Assembly (NCBI RefSeq): GCF_016433145.1
Contig: NC_058132.1
Coordinates: forward strand, 3,961,688 to 4,025,687
Source: Gracilinanus agilis
Taxonomy: Eukaryota
DNA: 64,000 nucleotides
Reading direction: 5' to 3'
A model generated the notes under the pieces. The model saw only the letters and a program-made list of their open reading frames with translations. It searched no databases and was not told the DNA's origin. This document shows, one piece after another, positions 34,851-47,779 of this stretch; position 1 is the first letter of the stretch; every line of letters starts with the position of its first letter. The translations under genes were made by a program, and so were the position numbers.

Positions 34851-36326
34851 CTGACAGGCAGGAGACAAGAGTTCTAGTCAGTCAACAAACATCTATTAAG
34901 TGCCTAGGGTGTACCAAATGCTGTCTCAAGCATTGAGCTTACAAGGAAGGACAATGGACAGCTGGCCCTCTCAAGGACCTGTCTAATGAGGGAGACAGAC
35001 GGCAGGCCTGCAAGTAGGTACAAAGGCTGAACTGGAGATACTCCGTGCAGGGAAGGCTCGAGCATTAAAGAGAGGCTGGGATGGTTCTTTTCAGGAGGGT
35101 TTTTAGCTGGGTCTGGAGGATGCCAGGAGCCTGGAGCAGGGATGAGGGGGTGCAACATCTGAGGCCTGCAGTCTGGAGATGGAGGGTCACGTCTGAGGAA
35201 CAGTCTGGAAGCCAGTGTCAGCTCTAGGGGGCCCCCACGAGTCATTTTGTCCTCCCTCCCACCCCCTCCCCAGCAGTCTCTGAGGCTCAGCACCTTGGAG
35301 GCTTGAGGGCTAGCCGGGGGCTCTCCTACTTCTGCTGCTGCTTCTCAGTGGAGCTCCCAGGTCCCCTTCTCTAGAGGAAATGGTGGGAAGAAACCACTTC
35401 AGGAATCCCCTTCAGCTCCCCATCTAGGAGCCCTTGGTTCTAATCATGCCATTGGGTTTCCTGCTCAAAGCCAGAACAGCTGAGTCTGAAAAGAAATTCA
35501 TCTTTCTCCTGGGCCTCTGGCCAGGTCCTTCTCCCGGAGCCACAGGCCCTCCTGGGGCAGGGGAGGGTCGTCCGCCTTGGGGCACCCACCTGGTGTGTGC
35601 CTGTGCTGTGCCCCTGCCCTAGGAGGAGCGAGCAGGCAGGCCCAGCAGTATATGTACACAGGGAGGGGGCAGGACAGGGTGGCTAGACACACACCAGCAT
35701 GGGAGGGCTCGGGCCTGGGCATAGGGCGCCCCCCCTCTCCATCCTGCCCATACCTTCCTGCCGGAGAGAAGGCCGGGCCCTGAGAGGGTGGGTGGCCATG
35801 CCCGGGGTCCCCAGGTGGCATCAGGCCCTCCGGTGCTCACACACAGCCCCCCCTGGACCTGCCGGGTGGCCCCGGGGCACAGCAAGACCCCCTCAGGCTG
35901 AGTCTTAATCATGGATTCCAAGAGGTGATCTTGTGCTCCTGGTGGCTTAGAGAGTGAGAGCCAAGGTGAAGGGGCAGGACATAGAGCTCCTTACAGAGGC
36001 ACTCCAAAAGCCCGCCTGGCTGGTCCGCAGCCGTGACACACTCAGGCGGACATGCCAGGCTCAGTGGGAAGGCGGAGCAGTGGTCAGTGCCTGAGGAGCA
36101 GAGCCAGGGCTTTGGGGCAGGATGGCGGGGAGTAGGGCAGCCTGGGGGAGGCCCAGGAGGCTGCAAGCTTGAATAGCAGAGCTGGGCAGCTGCCCTATGA
36201 GCCCAGAAGCCAGAGGGAGCCAAGGCTGTTTCTTGAGAGAAGGAGGGGCGCGGACCAATCAATGTAGAACAGGCAGTACTCTGGCCCTGGTGGGAGGAGG
36301 CCCTGAAGTGAAGAAACCAAGTGCAG

Positions 36327-36333
36327 GGCAGAG

Positions 36334-36366
<33 letters not shown>

Positions 36367-36415
36367 AAGAGCGAGATAGAGAGACAGAGACAGAGAGAGA
36401 GCGAGACGGAGAGGG
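36327..36415. repeat. (AGAC)n/(AG)n compound microsatellite
   Basis: Direct reading. Confidence 0.9.
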
Positions 36416-37165
36416 AGTGATGGAGGGAGCGCCGCAAAGGGTCCGGGAGGAGAAAGGATCCAGGAAGAGCCGCGGGTCCCCAGAAGAGCGCGAACTAGAA
36501 GGAGCCATTAAGGGAGGCCATCAGACTGGGCAGTTCCGGAGTGACCACTAAGTTCGGAAAAAGCCCTTGCCGGTGAGCGAGGCCTGCAGAGGCTGAGGCG
36601 GCGAGGGAAGGGGCGCCCCAGGGAGCTTTCCCAGGAGCCTGGCCCAGAAGGGCGGGAGGGAAGGACGGCCGGGCTCTTTTTGCTGCTCAGCCATGTTTTA
36701 ATGGACTCTTTGTGTCGCCACTCCGTTCTCCAGCCCATTTTATAGATGAGGAAACTGAGGCTGCCAGGGTTGTCGGACCTGCCCCGGCCGCCCGGCTCGC
36801 TGCGGCGAGGCTGGATTTGAACTGCAGAAGTGGCTTCCCGAGCTGGGCGGAGCTCTGGCACTAGAGGAATGGAAAATAGAAAGGAGCCTCGGCTCTGTTA
36901 GGCGGGGCTGACCGTGATGGGGGGCGGCGGAGGAGGGGAGGTCTTGGAGGCACGTTTGGGGGTGGGGCAGGAGCCTAGGCCCTGAGGCAGCCGTGAATGT
37001 GCATGTGGGGGGGAGGGGGAAGAGTGGACGCGGAGAGCCCACGTTTCTCTGGCGGGGGTGGGGGGGCACTACGGAGGAAACCCCAAGGCGCACTCCTGTC
37101 TCTGTCTCAGGCTTGGCCCTGGCCCCGCCCCCTCCATGACCCTGCTCCCTCCGTCCCATTCCCGC

Positions 37166-37881
37166 NNNNNNNNNNNNNNNNNNNNNNNNNNNNNNNNNNN
37201 NNNNNNNNNNNNNNNNNNNNNNNNNNNNNNNNNNNNNNNNNNNNNNNNNNNNNNNNNNNNNNNNNNNNNNNNNNNNNNNNNNNNNNNNNNNNNNNNNNNN
37301 NNNNNNNNNNNNNNNNNNNNNNNNNNNNNNNNNNNNNNNNNNNNNNNNNNNNNNNNNNNNNNNNNNNNNNNNNNNNNNNNNNNNNNNNNNNNNNNNNNNN
37401 NNNNNNNNNNNNNNNNNNNNNNNNNNNNNNNNNNNNNNNNNNNNNNNNNNNNNNNNNNNNNNNNNNNNNNNNNNNNNNNNNNNNNNNNNNNNNNNNNNNN
37501 NNNNNNNNNNNNNNNNNNNNNNNNNNNNNNNNNNNNNNNNNNNNNNNNNNNNNNNNNNNNNNNNNNNNNNNNNNNNNNNNNNNNNNNNNNNNNNNNNNNN
37601 NNNNNNNNNNNNNNNNNNNNNNNNNNNNNNNNNNNNNNNNNNNNNNNNCTCTCTGTGTCTCTTTCCCTCTCCCTCTCTGTCTCTCTCTCTGTGTGTCTCT
37701 CCCTCTGTCTCTCTCTCTCTCTATGTCTCTTTCTCTCGCCCTCTGTCTCTCNNNNNNNNNNNNNNNNNNNNNNNNNNNNNNNNNNNNNNNNNNNNNNNNN
37801 NNNNNNNNNNNNNNNNNNNNNNNNNNNNNNNNNNNNNNNNNNNNNNNNNNNNNNNNNNNNNNNNNNNNNNNNNNNNNNNNN
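37166..37881. other. Two assembly gaps (37166-37648 and 37752-37881)
   Basis: N runs beside CT repeats. Confidence 0.99.
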
Positions 37882-37975
37882 NTCCGTTTCTCTCTGTTTC
37901 TCTTCCTTTCCTTCTCCTTCTCTGTCTCTGTCCCTCTGTCTCTGCCTCTGTCTCTCTCTGTCTCTTTCTCTTTCA
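37649..37975. repeat. (CT)n/(CTGT)n low-complexity tract flanking two gaps
   Basis: Direct reading. Confidence 0.9.
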
Positions 37976-37979
37976 AATT

Positions 37980-39437
37980 TATTGTTGGCTTTTGAGATTC
38001 TTTTCTTTGTAAATGTTTAGTTCCCATAGTCCCCTCTCCCATCTCCTATCCCACCACAAAGAAGCCGAGCAGGGCATCAGTTACACAGGAGCAATCCTGT
38101 GAAATGTATTTCCAGGTTGGTGGCATCCAGCGTTCCTCTTTCTGTGGGTGTGGGGAGCATCTTTTTCTCCTGATGCTTTGGATACTGCCCGCATCAGAGC
38201 AGCCGGATCTTTCTCAGTTGGTCAGAATTCAATATCGTTGCCATCAGGCGCAGTGCCGATCTCCTGGTTCTTTTAATTCACTTTGTTCTAATTGGTCTTG
38301 CCATATTTTTCTGACCCCCCCCCCCCAATTTCATATATATATATATTCCTTCCTTCCTTCCTTCCTTCCTTTTATAAGCCCTTCTCTTCTGTCTTAGAAT
38401 CAGTACTGTGGTTTTGGTTCCAAGGCAGAAGAGTGGTAAGGGCTAGGCAGTGGGGGTTAAATGACTTGCCGAGAGTCACACAGCTAAGAAGTGTCTGAAG
38501 CTAGATTTGAACCCACGATCTCCCCTCTCTAGGACTGACTTTCCATTCACTGAATCACTCAACTGCTCCCTCATCATTTCTTGGAGCACCACAGTCTGCC
38601 ATCACAATCATGCCGCAATGACTTGTTTGGCCATTCCCTCCATTTCTGATTCTTTGCTCCACAATAAGAGCTGCAAAAAATATTCTCACCCTCCTCTCAT
38701 TGAGAAAGCAAGCAATTTGATATAGGTTATACATACATGTGTAGTCATGCAAGGCACATTTCCATATTAGTCACGTTCTGAAAGAAAATGCAGACCAACC
38801 CTACCCCAAAAAAATGAAGTTCAAAAAAATATGCTTTGATCTTCTTTCAGACCCCTTCAGTTCTTTCTTTGGAGGTGAATAGCATCTTTCATCATAAGTC
38901 CTTCAGCATTGTCTCAGATCATTGTATTGCTGAGAAAAGCCAAGACTTTCACACTATTACTGTTGCACTGTTACTGTGTACAATGTTCTCCTGGTTCTGC
39001 TCACTTCATTTTGCATCCATTCATTTTAGTCTTTCCAGGTTTAAAAAAATGCTGCTGCTTGTCATTTCTCATAGCATAATGATATTCATTCGCACTTATA
39101 TATCACAGCTTATTCAGCCCCTCAATGTTCAATTATTTGCCACTACAAAAAGAATCACTATATACCTTTACATATAGATCATTTTCCTTTAAAAACATCT
39201 CTTCTGGATATGGACCCTAATAGCGATATCACTAGATCAAAGGGTATATATGGTTTTATAGTCCTTTGGGCATGGCTCCAAATGGATCTCCAGAGTGGTG
39301 AGGTCAGTTTGCAACTTCTCCAACAGTGTGTTAGTATTCCAATTTCCCCCCACTCCCACCTGGTCTTTTTCATATTAGCTAATTTGATAAGTGTAAAGTG
39401 GAACCTCAGAGATTTTTTAATTTACATTTCTCTAACC
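37980..39437 (-). mobile_element. L1 3' fragments (several), with a SINE at ~38365-38560
   Basis: Peptides GILTHCWRSCKLTSPLWRSIW and FDLVISLLG; 3' UTR motifs. Confidence 0.85.
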
Positions 39438-39452
39438 AAGAATGATTTAAAA

Positions 39453-39643
39453 GGGAAGCTAGGTGGTTTGGTAGGTAGAGTGCCAGACCTGGGGTCTGGA
39501 GGTCCTGGGTTCAAATATGGCCGCAGACACTTCCTAGTTGAATGTCCTTGAGCAAGGTACTTAACTCCAATTATATAGCCTTTAGTGTTCTTCGGTCTTG
39601 GAACCATACTTGTTAATTCTAAGACAGAAGGTGAGGGTTTTTT
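39453..39643 (+). mobile_element. Didelphid SINE inserted into L1
   Basis: TSD AAGAATGATTTAAAA (39438-39452) vs AAGAGTGATTTAGAA (39644-39658), 13/15 identical. Confidence 0.88.
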
Positions 39644-39658
39644 AAGAGTGATTTAGAA

Positions 39659-41620
39659 CATTTTTTTTTGTAGAATTTTGGATATCTTGGATTTTTTTTA
39701 TCTGAAAACTGCTGGTTTATAACCGTTGCTCATTTATCAATTGGGGAATGACTCATATTCTTATACATTTGACTCATTTCTTTATATATTTGAGAAATGA
39801 GGCTATCAGAGAAACTTACTGTAAATTTTTTGACAGTTATAATTACTGTATTATCTTTCCTCCCTGTTTATCATTCTCTCTGTCCTTTAACCCTGTTCCT
39901 CCTCAAAAATGTTTTGCTTCTGACCACCAGGTCCCCCAATCTACCCTCTTTTCTATTATCCCCACCCCCTTCTCTTATCCCCTCCCCCTTATACTTTCCT
40001 GTAGAGTAAGATTTATTTTTCTACTCAACTGAATGTATATGCTATATTCATCCCCCCCCAAAGGATTATACCCAGTTTTGCTGGGTAGGTGATTCTTGGT
40101 TGTAATCTTAGTCCCTTTGCCCTCCAGAATAATAATATTATTGGAATATATGTTATTTGGAATTTTGAGGGTTATTTGGGGTTCATTTGAGTTTTAAATA
40201 TGTAAATATATGACATAAACTTCCTGTGGACGTTTAGGGGATTTGGAAACTACATTTCCCACGATTCCTCTTGTAAAACAGGTAGACAGGAAGTAGAGAG
40301 CAGTATAAGACTCCTGAGCTCATTGGGGAGGTCTCTTTGCTATGAGGCAGCCAGGTGGGCAGGAGGTAATGGCGGGTGATTTGAATTAGATCTTAGCAGG
40401 CACGTGGTCTTCTTTATTTTACCAACATGGCTTTAATTAAAATATTAATACTTCGATCTATATCCATCTATATCAATTTTATTCATAACAAATATGAAGT
40501 CTAAGCCTTCTGGATGTGTAATCCTGACTGTGGCTCCAAAATATTTGAATAGTTTCTTTCTGGATGCTAGCAATAATTTCTCCTTGACTTATGAGTTCTT
40601 GGAAGTTGGTTATAACATTCCTGAGAGGTTTCATCTTGAGATCTCTTTTAGGAGGTGATGAGTAGATTCTCTCAATTTTTAATTTACCCACTGGTTCTTG
40701 GATATCAGGGGAGTATTCCTTGATCATTTCTTGAAAGATAATATCTAAACTTTTTTATCATGGCTTTCAGGTAGTTTTTTTTCCAATAAGTTTTCCAATA
40801 ATTCCCAATAATTCTTAAAGTATCTCTCCTTTTCTAGGTCAGTGGTTTTCTAATGAGAATTTTCACACTTTCTTCTATTTTTTCATTGTTTTGATTTTTA
40901 AAATTCTTTTTTGATCTCTTTTAGAGTCATTGGTTTCTATTTGTCCAATTCCAATTTTTAAGCATTATTTTCTTCAGCGAGAATTTGTATCTCCTTTTCT
41001 ACTTGGCCAATTCTGCTTTTTAAGAAAATTTTTCTCTTCTGTTGATTTTTTGTACCTATTTTACCATTTGACTTATTTTATTTTTTTAAGGTATCATTTT
41101 TTTTCAGTTTTTGTGTCTTCTTTACCAAACCATTAACTTTTTCATGATTTTCTTGAGTTGCTCACTTCTTTTCTCAAATTTTCTGCTTCTTCTCTTATTT
41201 GATTTTTAAAAGTCCCTTTTGAGTTCTTCCAAGAATGCTTTTTAGACCTAAGGTCAATTCACATCTTTTCTTTGAGGCTGTGGGTGTAGCTGTTTTGACA
41301 TTGTTGTCTTCAGCTGTTTAACACTCCTGTCATCTATGGGCTGAGAGTTCTGGAGGCTGCCACCACTGATTCAGTCATCCCCAAGATCTGCTGCTGGTTT
41401 GCTGAAGAGCCATGTCCCACTCTCATCCCAGTGACACAAACCTTCTTCCTATTGACCTTATAAGTTATCTTGGGCTGGAAAATTGTTTCACCTCATTCTT
41501 TTGTTGGTTTTGCTGCTCTAGAATCTGTTTTGAAGTGTTAATTTACCAGTTATTTGGAGGGAAATTTGGGAGAGCTTAAGAGAGCCCCTGCCTTTATTCT
41601 GTCATCTTGGCTCCACCCCC
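39659..41620 (-). mobile_element. L1 fragments including ORF1 region, interrupted by a solo LTR
   Basis: Minus-strand peptide GKLKIERIYSSPPKRDLKMKPLRNVITNFQ resembles L1 ORF1p. Confidence 0.8.
40151..40490 (+). mobile_element. Solo LTR (340 bp)
   Basis: TGTTAT...ATAACA inverted ends, TATA-like AGTATAAG, ATTAAA at 40436-40441, flanks AATATA / AATATG. Confidence 0.72.
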
Positions 41621-42435
41621 ATCCATTTCTTTTTTTTTTTTTTTTTTGCAAACCAGGTCATTTGCACTCTTCCCTTCTTCCATTGCCTGTCTGGTGTTCC
41701 AAGATCTTTAGTGACTCTAGCTCATTGACCACATCTCTCAGATCTTTCCTTGAGCAAGCATGTTGTCATCTGGGCCAGATATCCAGAACTCTTCAAGAAC
41801 TCTTCAAAGAGAGCTGGGTGCACTCTCACTCATTGTCTGTCAGCTCCTATTGTGTCCTTTCCAGCCCAAAGTTCACTTTTCTTGGCAGAAAAAAGGAACA
41901 AATCAAGGACTAAGCAGCCCTGTCTTCTCTCTGTTCTTACCACTGCTTTTTATACACTCAGCAGCAGTCTCATCCCTTCTTTGATCCCCTTTCTAATGCA
42001 GCTAGAAATAAAATGTCTTGTGTTGTGTCCTCTTCCCTCACCAGCCTCACGGCATTCTGAATCTGACCACTCCTGACGCAATCCCTACTGGACTTTGCTG
42101 TGCTTTTATGGTCATCTTCAATGACCTACCCTTACCTCTCTCTTGTTCATGCTTCTTTTAAACCCAAGTTACTCAGTGAATTCCCTATGAGCCCACATCA
42201 GTCTCTCCAGACAGTTCCCAGTCCTCCTCATCCAAATTGTTTCCCCTGATTTCTTTGGGATTTTATTCTTAAGTGACTCCCATGCTTCCTGGATTGACTT
42301 GAGAATGTTAGTCAACAGGTTTTTACCTATCTTCCCTCTGAACTTTTTAGGCTTGGCTTTTCCAACACAAAGGGTATATGCAAATGAAGCCTGACTTTCT
42401 TCTCCATCTTTATCCAACAAAAAAGTTCTAGGTCA

Positions 42436-42590
42436 GTGGTAGCAAATTCAGATATAACAGGGGGCCACTAAACCCTACCTAAGGATTCTGATGGGCTGCA
42501 TATTGACTTAGTTAACCACATATCAACACTTTCTGTGTTCTGCTATATTTTAAAATTATTTTGGTTAATAATTCCCAACAATATTTTAAA
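42436..42590. mobile_element. Marsupial hAT-type MITE fragment
   Basis: gggggccactaaacc...catattgacttag..aaccacatat resembles a recalled marsupial hAT; one end only. Confidence 0.4.
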
Positions 42591-43104
42591 CCCTTATCTT
42601 TTGCCTAGAATGGTTGCTAAGTATTGGGTCCAAATCAGAGGAACAGTAAGGGCTAGAGAATTGGGGGTAAGTCAGTTGCCCAAAGTCACGGGGCTGGCCA
42701 ACAATACTTTAATCTCTTTGGATAGTCTAGGGGAATCTTGTGACTACATTCTCCACGTAACTTGATTGACATCTCTGCTCTAAAGTGCCTCTAATTTCTA
42801 CCTTGGCAGAGTTCTTTGCTCTTACAGAAAGTCATATCTAGAAGTGAATTTGCCTTGTTGGTTTCAGTGCATTTTAATGAAATTATTATTTAGACAAGTG
42901 AAGAAGTGATTCATTTCTGTTTTTGGCTGGTGTTATTCAATAGATGTCTGAATAAATGAAGTCTCCCCTCACTGTTATATGGTACCTTTGTGCCAGGCCA
43001 TTGGTCTGTTTCCCAAACTCATCATCTATTTCTTCTTTCTATCCAGGTAGCCTCTAGTGTAGTCCAGCAAAAAATTATTTATTTTTCCATCCAGTGACTT
43101 AAAA

Positions 43105-43300
43105 AAAACAACCTCTTACCTTCCATTTTAGAAGCAATACTGTATATTGGTTCCAAGGCAAAGGAGTGGTAAGGGCTAGGCAATGGGAGTTAAGTGACTA
43201 GCCCAGGGTCACACAGCTAGGAAGTGTCTGAGGTCAGATTTGAACCCAGAACCTCCCTTCTCTGGACCTGGTTCTCAATCCACTGAGCCATCTACCTATC
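43105..43300 (-). mobile_element. Didelphid SINE (SINE1/2_Mdo type)
   Basis: ctcttaccttccattttagaagcaatactgtatattggttccaaggc ... tccactgagcca. Confidence 0.88.
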
Positions 43301-43846
43301 TATTGACTTTCACTCCAGTGTTTTCTATCATATTTGCCCTCTTGTATTTCTTCACTAATTTATTATCTTGATATTCAATGCCATCCTGCTGCATATTTTT
43401 GCCTGTCCTGTTTCTTTTAAATAAAATAAAGGCATGCAAGGATATATATTCCAATCATGCACTCTTCTCACCAAGCCTCAGTAATACTTAAGTCCTATTT
43501 CCCCTTGTATTAAGATCTCCAATTCATCTTACTCTTTGCTAAACTTTGCATCTTTGTGTACAAATATTTGAGGCGATGGCTTTGCTACTGACTCCTCTTT
43601 GGGACTGTGTCTTCTGTGAACTTCCAGGTGCCTAAACTGCTATTCTTCTTCCCTCATTTAGGCTACGCTCTATGGCACCTAATTTGGTTGATATAGGTGG
43701 TGGGGGGGGTTCTCCCTTCCCAATCCCCTTTAATTTAAAGCCTTTTTGATAAGCTTGATCACTCCTCTTCTGGTTGAAATCCTGTCATTTAAAATGTGTT
43801 TTTATCTTTTCTAATTACATGTAAAATAATTTTAACATTCATTTTT

Positions 43847-44024
43847 TTTAACCCTTGTACTTCGGTGTATTGTCTCATAGGTGGAAGATTGGTAAGGGTG
43901 GGCAATGGGAGTCAAGTGACTTGCCCAGGGTCACACAGCTGGGAAGTGTCTGAGGCCGGCTTTGAACCCAGGACCTCCTGTCTCTAGGCCTGACTCTCAA
44001 TCCACTGAGCTATGCAGCTGCCCC
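43847..44024 (-). mobile_element. Young SINE1_Mdo-type element, full length
   Basis: Diagnostic tail aacccttgtacttcggtgtattgtctcatagg; perfect 15-bp TSD TTAACATTCATTTTT. Confidence 0.93.
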
Positions 44025-45959
44025 TTAACATTCATTTTTATAAGTTTTCTCCTTCCTTCACTCTCTTCCCTCCTTCTTGAGAAGGCAAGCAATATTATAT
44101 AGACTATCTCTGTGCAGCCATGTGAAACACATTTCCACATTAGTCTAGTTAAAGAAAACACAGACCCAAAACGAAACACAAGAGAAAGTTAAAAAAATAA
44201 ATAAGTGTGCTTCAATCTGCATTCAGACTTCATCCATTCTTAACCTGGAGCTGGATAGCATTTTCCATCGTAAGAATTTCCTAATGTTCTTAGATCACTG
44301 TGTGACTGAGAATAGCCAATAGTATTCCTGCTACTATGTAAAATGTTCTCTTGGTTCTGCCCACTTCACTTTGCATCAGTTCATTTAATCTGTTCAGTTT
44401 TTTTTCTGAAACCCGACTGCTCATGATTTCTTGTGGCACGATAGTATTCCGTCACTGCCGTGGTCAGAAAATCTAAATCCCATTTTAGATTCCGTCGTTT
44501 TCGGCAGCTCTCCATTAATCTGCCTGCCTGTCCCTTTCCTTTCATCGATGTGTCCTTCCTCAGCTTGTTCTCCTTCGGTCTATCTGATCTCCACTCCCCA
44601 GTTCATCTCTCTGTTCCTCTGACTACTCCTTTCAAATTAATGCCTCCTCTCCATCCTCCTCTCCTCTTCTTCCTTGTCTCTCCCAGGGATATATAGAAAG
44701 AGACTTCCCCATCAACCTGTGTGTTTGTCTGCCTTTTGAGTCTGTCTTTCTGTATGTCTTTCCTCCTCTCAGTCTGCATGTGCTCTCCCTAGTCTCAGTT
44801 TGCCTTCCTACACTGGTGTCTTCCTTTTCATTCCATCTTTCCTCCTCCTTGAGCTCTGTACAAACCTCTTCAATGTCTTTTCCTTATCCCAGTCTGTCGA
44901 GCCATCTCATCTGTCTGTCTCCCCTGATTCCCCGCTTTGAGCCCTGGGCAGACAGGCTCTCTCCATGTCAAGGTCTATCTCCCCATCAGTTTGTCTGCCC
45001 CTGCCTTACTTGACTTCTCCTCAATCCTGTTTTGTCCCTTCTCAGGAGCTCTGGCCTGCCTCTATAATCCCATTGTTCTCTTTAGCTCAACTGTTGCCTG
45101 TGCCCTCTTCTGTCTATCTACCCCCACCCAATACCCTACCATGTGTCTCCTGGCCAGTCTCTGCCCTCTCCTTCTAGGCCCTGACTTTTTTTCACTTGTC
45201 CATCTCTAGCTCCCTCCACTTGGAATTGTATTCCAATTGGACATCGTCCCCATCCTTCAGTCTTCCCAAGCGTCCTCCAATTTCACCAGTGTATTTCATC
45301 CCCATAATCTCATCTCCATTGTCTCTCTCAGGCTCTGACTCCTGCCCTCCCCTCCCTGCATCTCCTTCGAGCCCCTTGGCTGTGGGGGTAGGGGCTCTAC
45401 CGGCCTCTCCTGCCTCCCCCCACCAGCCCCCCAGTCCTCCCTGACTTTTGCCTCAGGGATCTGGAAGTCCATAAGCCACTGCCATTCTCCATTCCAACCC
45501 CTCACATCCACTTTGGGGGCATCTCTTGCCTACTTTCTCCTCTCATGGTTTCTCATTTCTTTCTGCCCTTTCCTATTCTTTGGGGAGGTTTTGGTACTCC
45601 AATAGAGCCTTCCCTCTCTCCTCATTCTCCTCCCCTCTTCCTTTGCAGAGTCTCAGAGCCCTGCTGTTACACTGAATGTGATTCTATAATAAAGGGCCTT
45701 AAAGGTCATCAAGCCTGAGCCCTTCTCTTCCACAGATGGGGAAGCTGAGGCCAGGAAAAGAGAAGTCCAAGAACTGAGGAGGCAGGTTCAAAGCCGAGGT
45801 CAGGGCTTGGCTGGTCAACAGACTTCAAGCTAGTGTTTGAGTCCAGAAAGGACAGCTCAGGACCATCTCCAATTTCTGAAGGGCTTTCATTTGGAAGAGG
45901 AATTCAGAGCTTCTCTTTGGTAGACTAGGAACAGTGCACAGGGAAGCTCATTATGGTTC

Positions 45960-47700
45960 ATTCATTTATTCATTCGTTTATTTTTAATTTTATTTACTTT
46001 TTATTGTCATGCAAAAACCCACTTCCATATTGGTCACTGTTGTAAGAACACACCCATACACAACCAAGTAACACCAAAGATACACTGATGGGAAAGACGA
46101 CTGCAACAGCTCTTTCTCTAGAGGTGGATAGCATTCCCTGTCATAAGTCCCTCAGGATTGTCCCAGATCTTGGCATTGCTGAGAGTAGCCAAGTTCTCAC
46201 AGATAATCATTTAATATTACTGTTACTGAGAACGATGCTCTCTCTTAGTTCTGCTTATTTCGCTTTACCTCAGTTCCTGCAGATCTTTTCAGCTTTCTCT
46301 GAAATCATCTTGCTTATAATTCTCATAGCACAATAGTATTCCATCACCAACATGTACCACAATTTGTTCAACCATTCCTCAGTGGACGTCCATCCCCTCA
46401 ATTTCCAATTCTTTGCCCTTGCAAAAAGAGCTGCTAGAAATAGTTTTGTACGAGAAGGTTCTTTCCCTTTTTTTATTATCTCTTTGGGATACTGACCTAG
46501 TAGTGGTCTTACCTAATCAAAGGGTATGTACGGTTTTATAGTCCTTTGTGTATAGTTCCAAGTTGCCCTCCAGAATGATTGGATCCATTCACAACTCCAC
46601 CAACAATGTATTAGTGTCCCAATCTTGCCATATTCCCTCCAACATTTATCGCTTTCCATTAGTGTCATATTGTCCAACCTGTTAGGTGTGAGGTGTTTTA
46701 ATTTGCATTTCTCTAACCAAGAGTGATTTAGAACATTTTTTCATTGGATTATCGATGCTTTGATTTCTTCTTCTGAAAACTGCCTATTCATATATCCTTT
46801 GACCATTTGTCAATTGGGGAATGGCTTGTACTCTTATAAATTTGACTTAGTTCTTTATAAATTTGAGGAATTAGACCTTTATCAGAATTGTTATAAATTT
46901 CCCCCCCCCCCCCAGTTTGTTGTTTACCTTCTAATCTTGGCTGCATTTGTTTTGTTTGCACAAAAGCTTTTAAATTTAATATAAGCAAAATTACTCATTT
47001 TATATCTTGTAATGTTCTCTCTCTCTTGTCTGGTTATATATTCTTCCCTTCTACATAGAACTGTCAGGTAAACTGTTGTATATTCTCCCAATTTACTTAT
47101 GGTTTTCCTCTTCATAGCTAAATCACATACCCATTTGACCTTATCTTGGTACTGGGAGTGAGCTAGTGTTCTATACCTAGCTTCTGCCATAGTTTCCCAA
47201 TTTTCCCAGCACTTTTTTTTTTTACATAGTGAGTTTTTATCCCCAAAGCTGGGATCTTTGGATTTATCAAACACTAGTTTGCTGATGTCTTTTATCCTTA
47301 GTCTGTTCCATTGATCCACCCTTCTATTTCTTAGCCAGTTCCAGATTGCTTTGATAATTGTTCCTTTATGGTTCAAATTTAAGATCTGGTAATACTGGGC
47401 TAACATCCTTCACAGTTTTTTCAGTAGCTCCCTTGATATTGATCTTTTGTTCTTCCAGATGAACTTTGTTATTACTTTTTCTAGTTCTATAAAATCGGGT
47501 TTTGTTGGTTGTTTGGCTGGGATGGCATTGAATAAATTAATTTAGGCAAGATTGTCATTTTTATTAGATTAGCTCAGCCTACTCGTGAGCAATTAATGTT
47601 GTCCAATTGTTTAGATCTGACTTTGTGTTTTGTCATCGTGTTCATATGATGCCTGTGCTTGCTTTGGCAGGTAGATTCCCTTCATTATGGTTTAATTGTA
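45960..47700 (-). mobile_element. L1 ORF2 and 3' UTR
   Basis: Minus-strand peptides TIIKAIWNWLRNRRVDQWNR and DKGLIPQIYKELSQIYK. Confidence 0.92.
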
Positions 47701-47779
47701 TAATTTTCAAGTTTACTAACTACATACCATGTTTAAGGCTCTGTGTTGATGCTTCTACCTTCTATGTCATCCCATCCTA

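Noticed and set aside
35286-35306. REST/NRSE-like motif CTCAGCACCTTGGAGGC
   Set aside because: Left half matches but the right half (GGACAG) is degenerate
36997-38042. ORFs over 300 aa
   Set aside because: Mostly Ns and CT microsatellite
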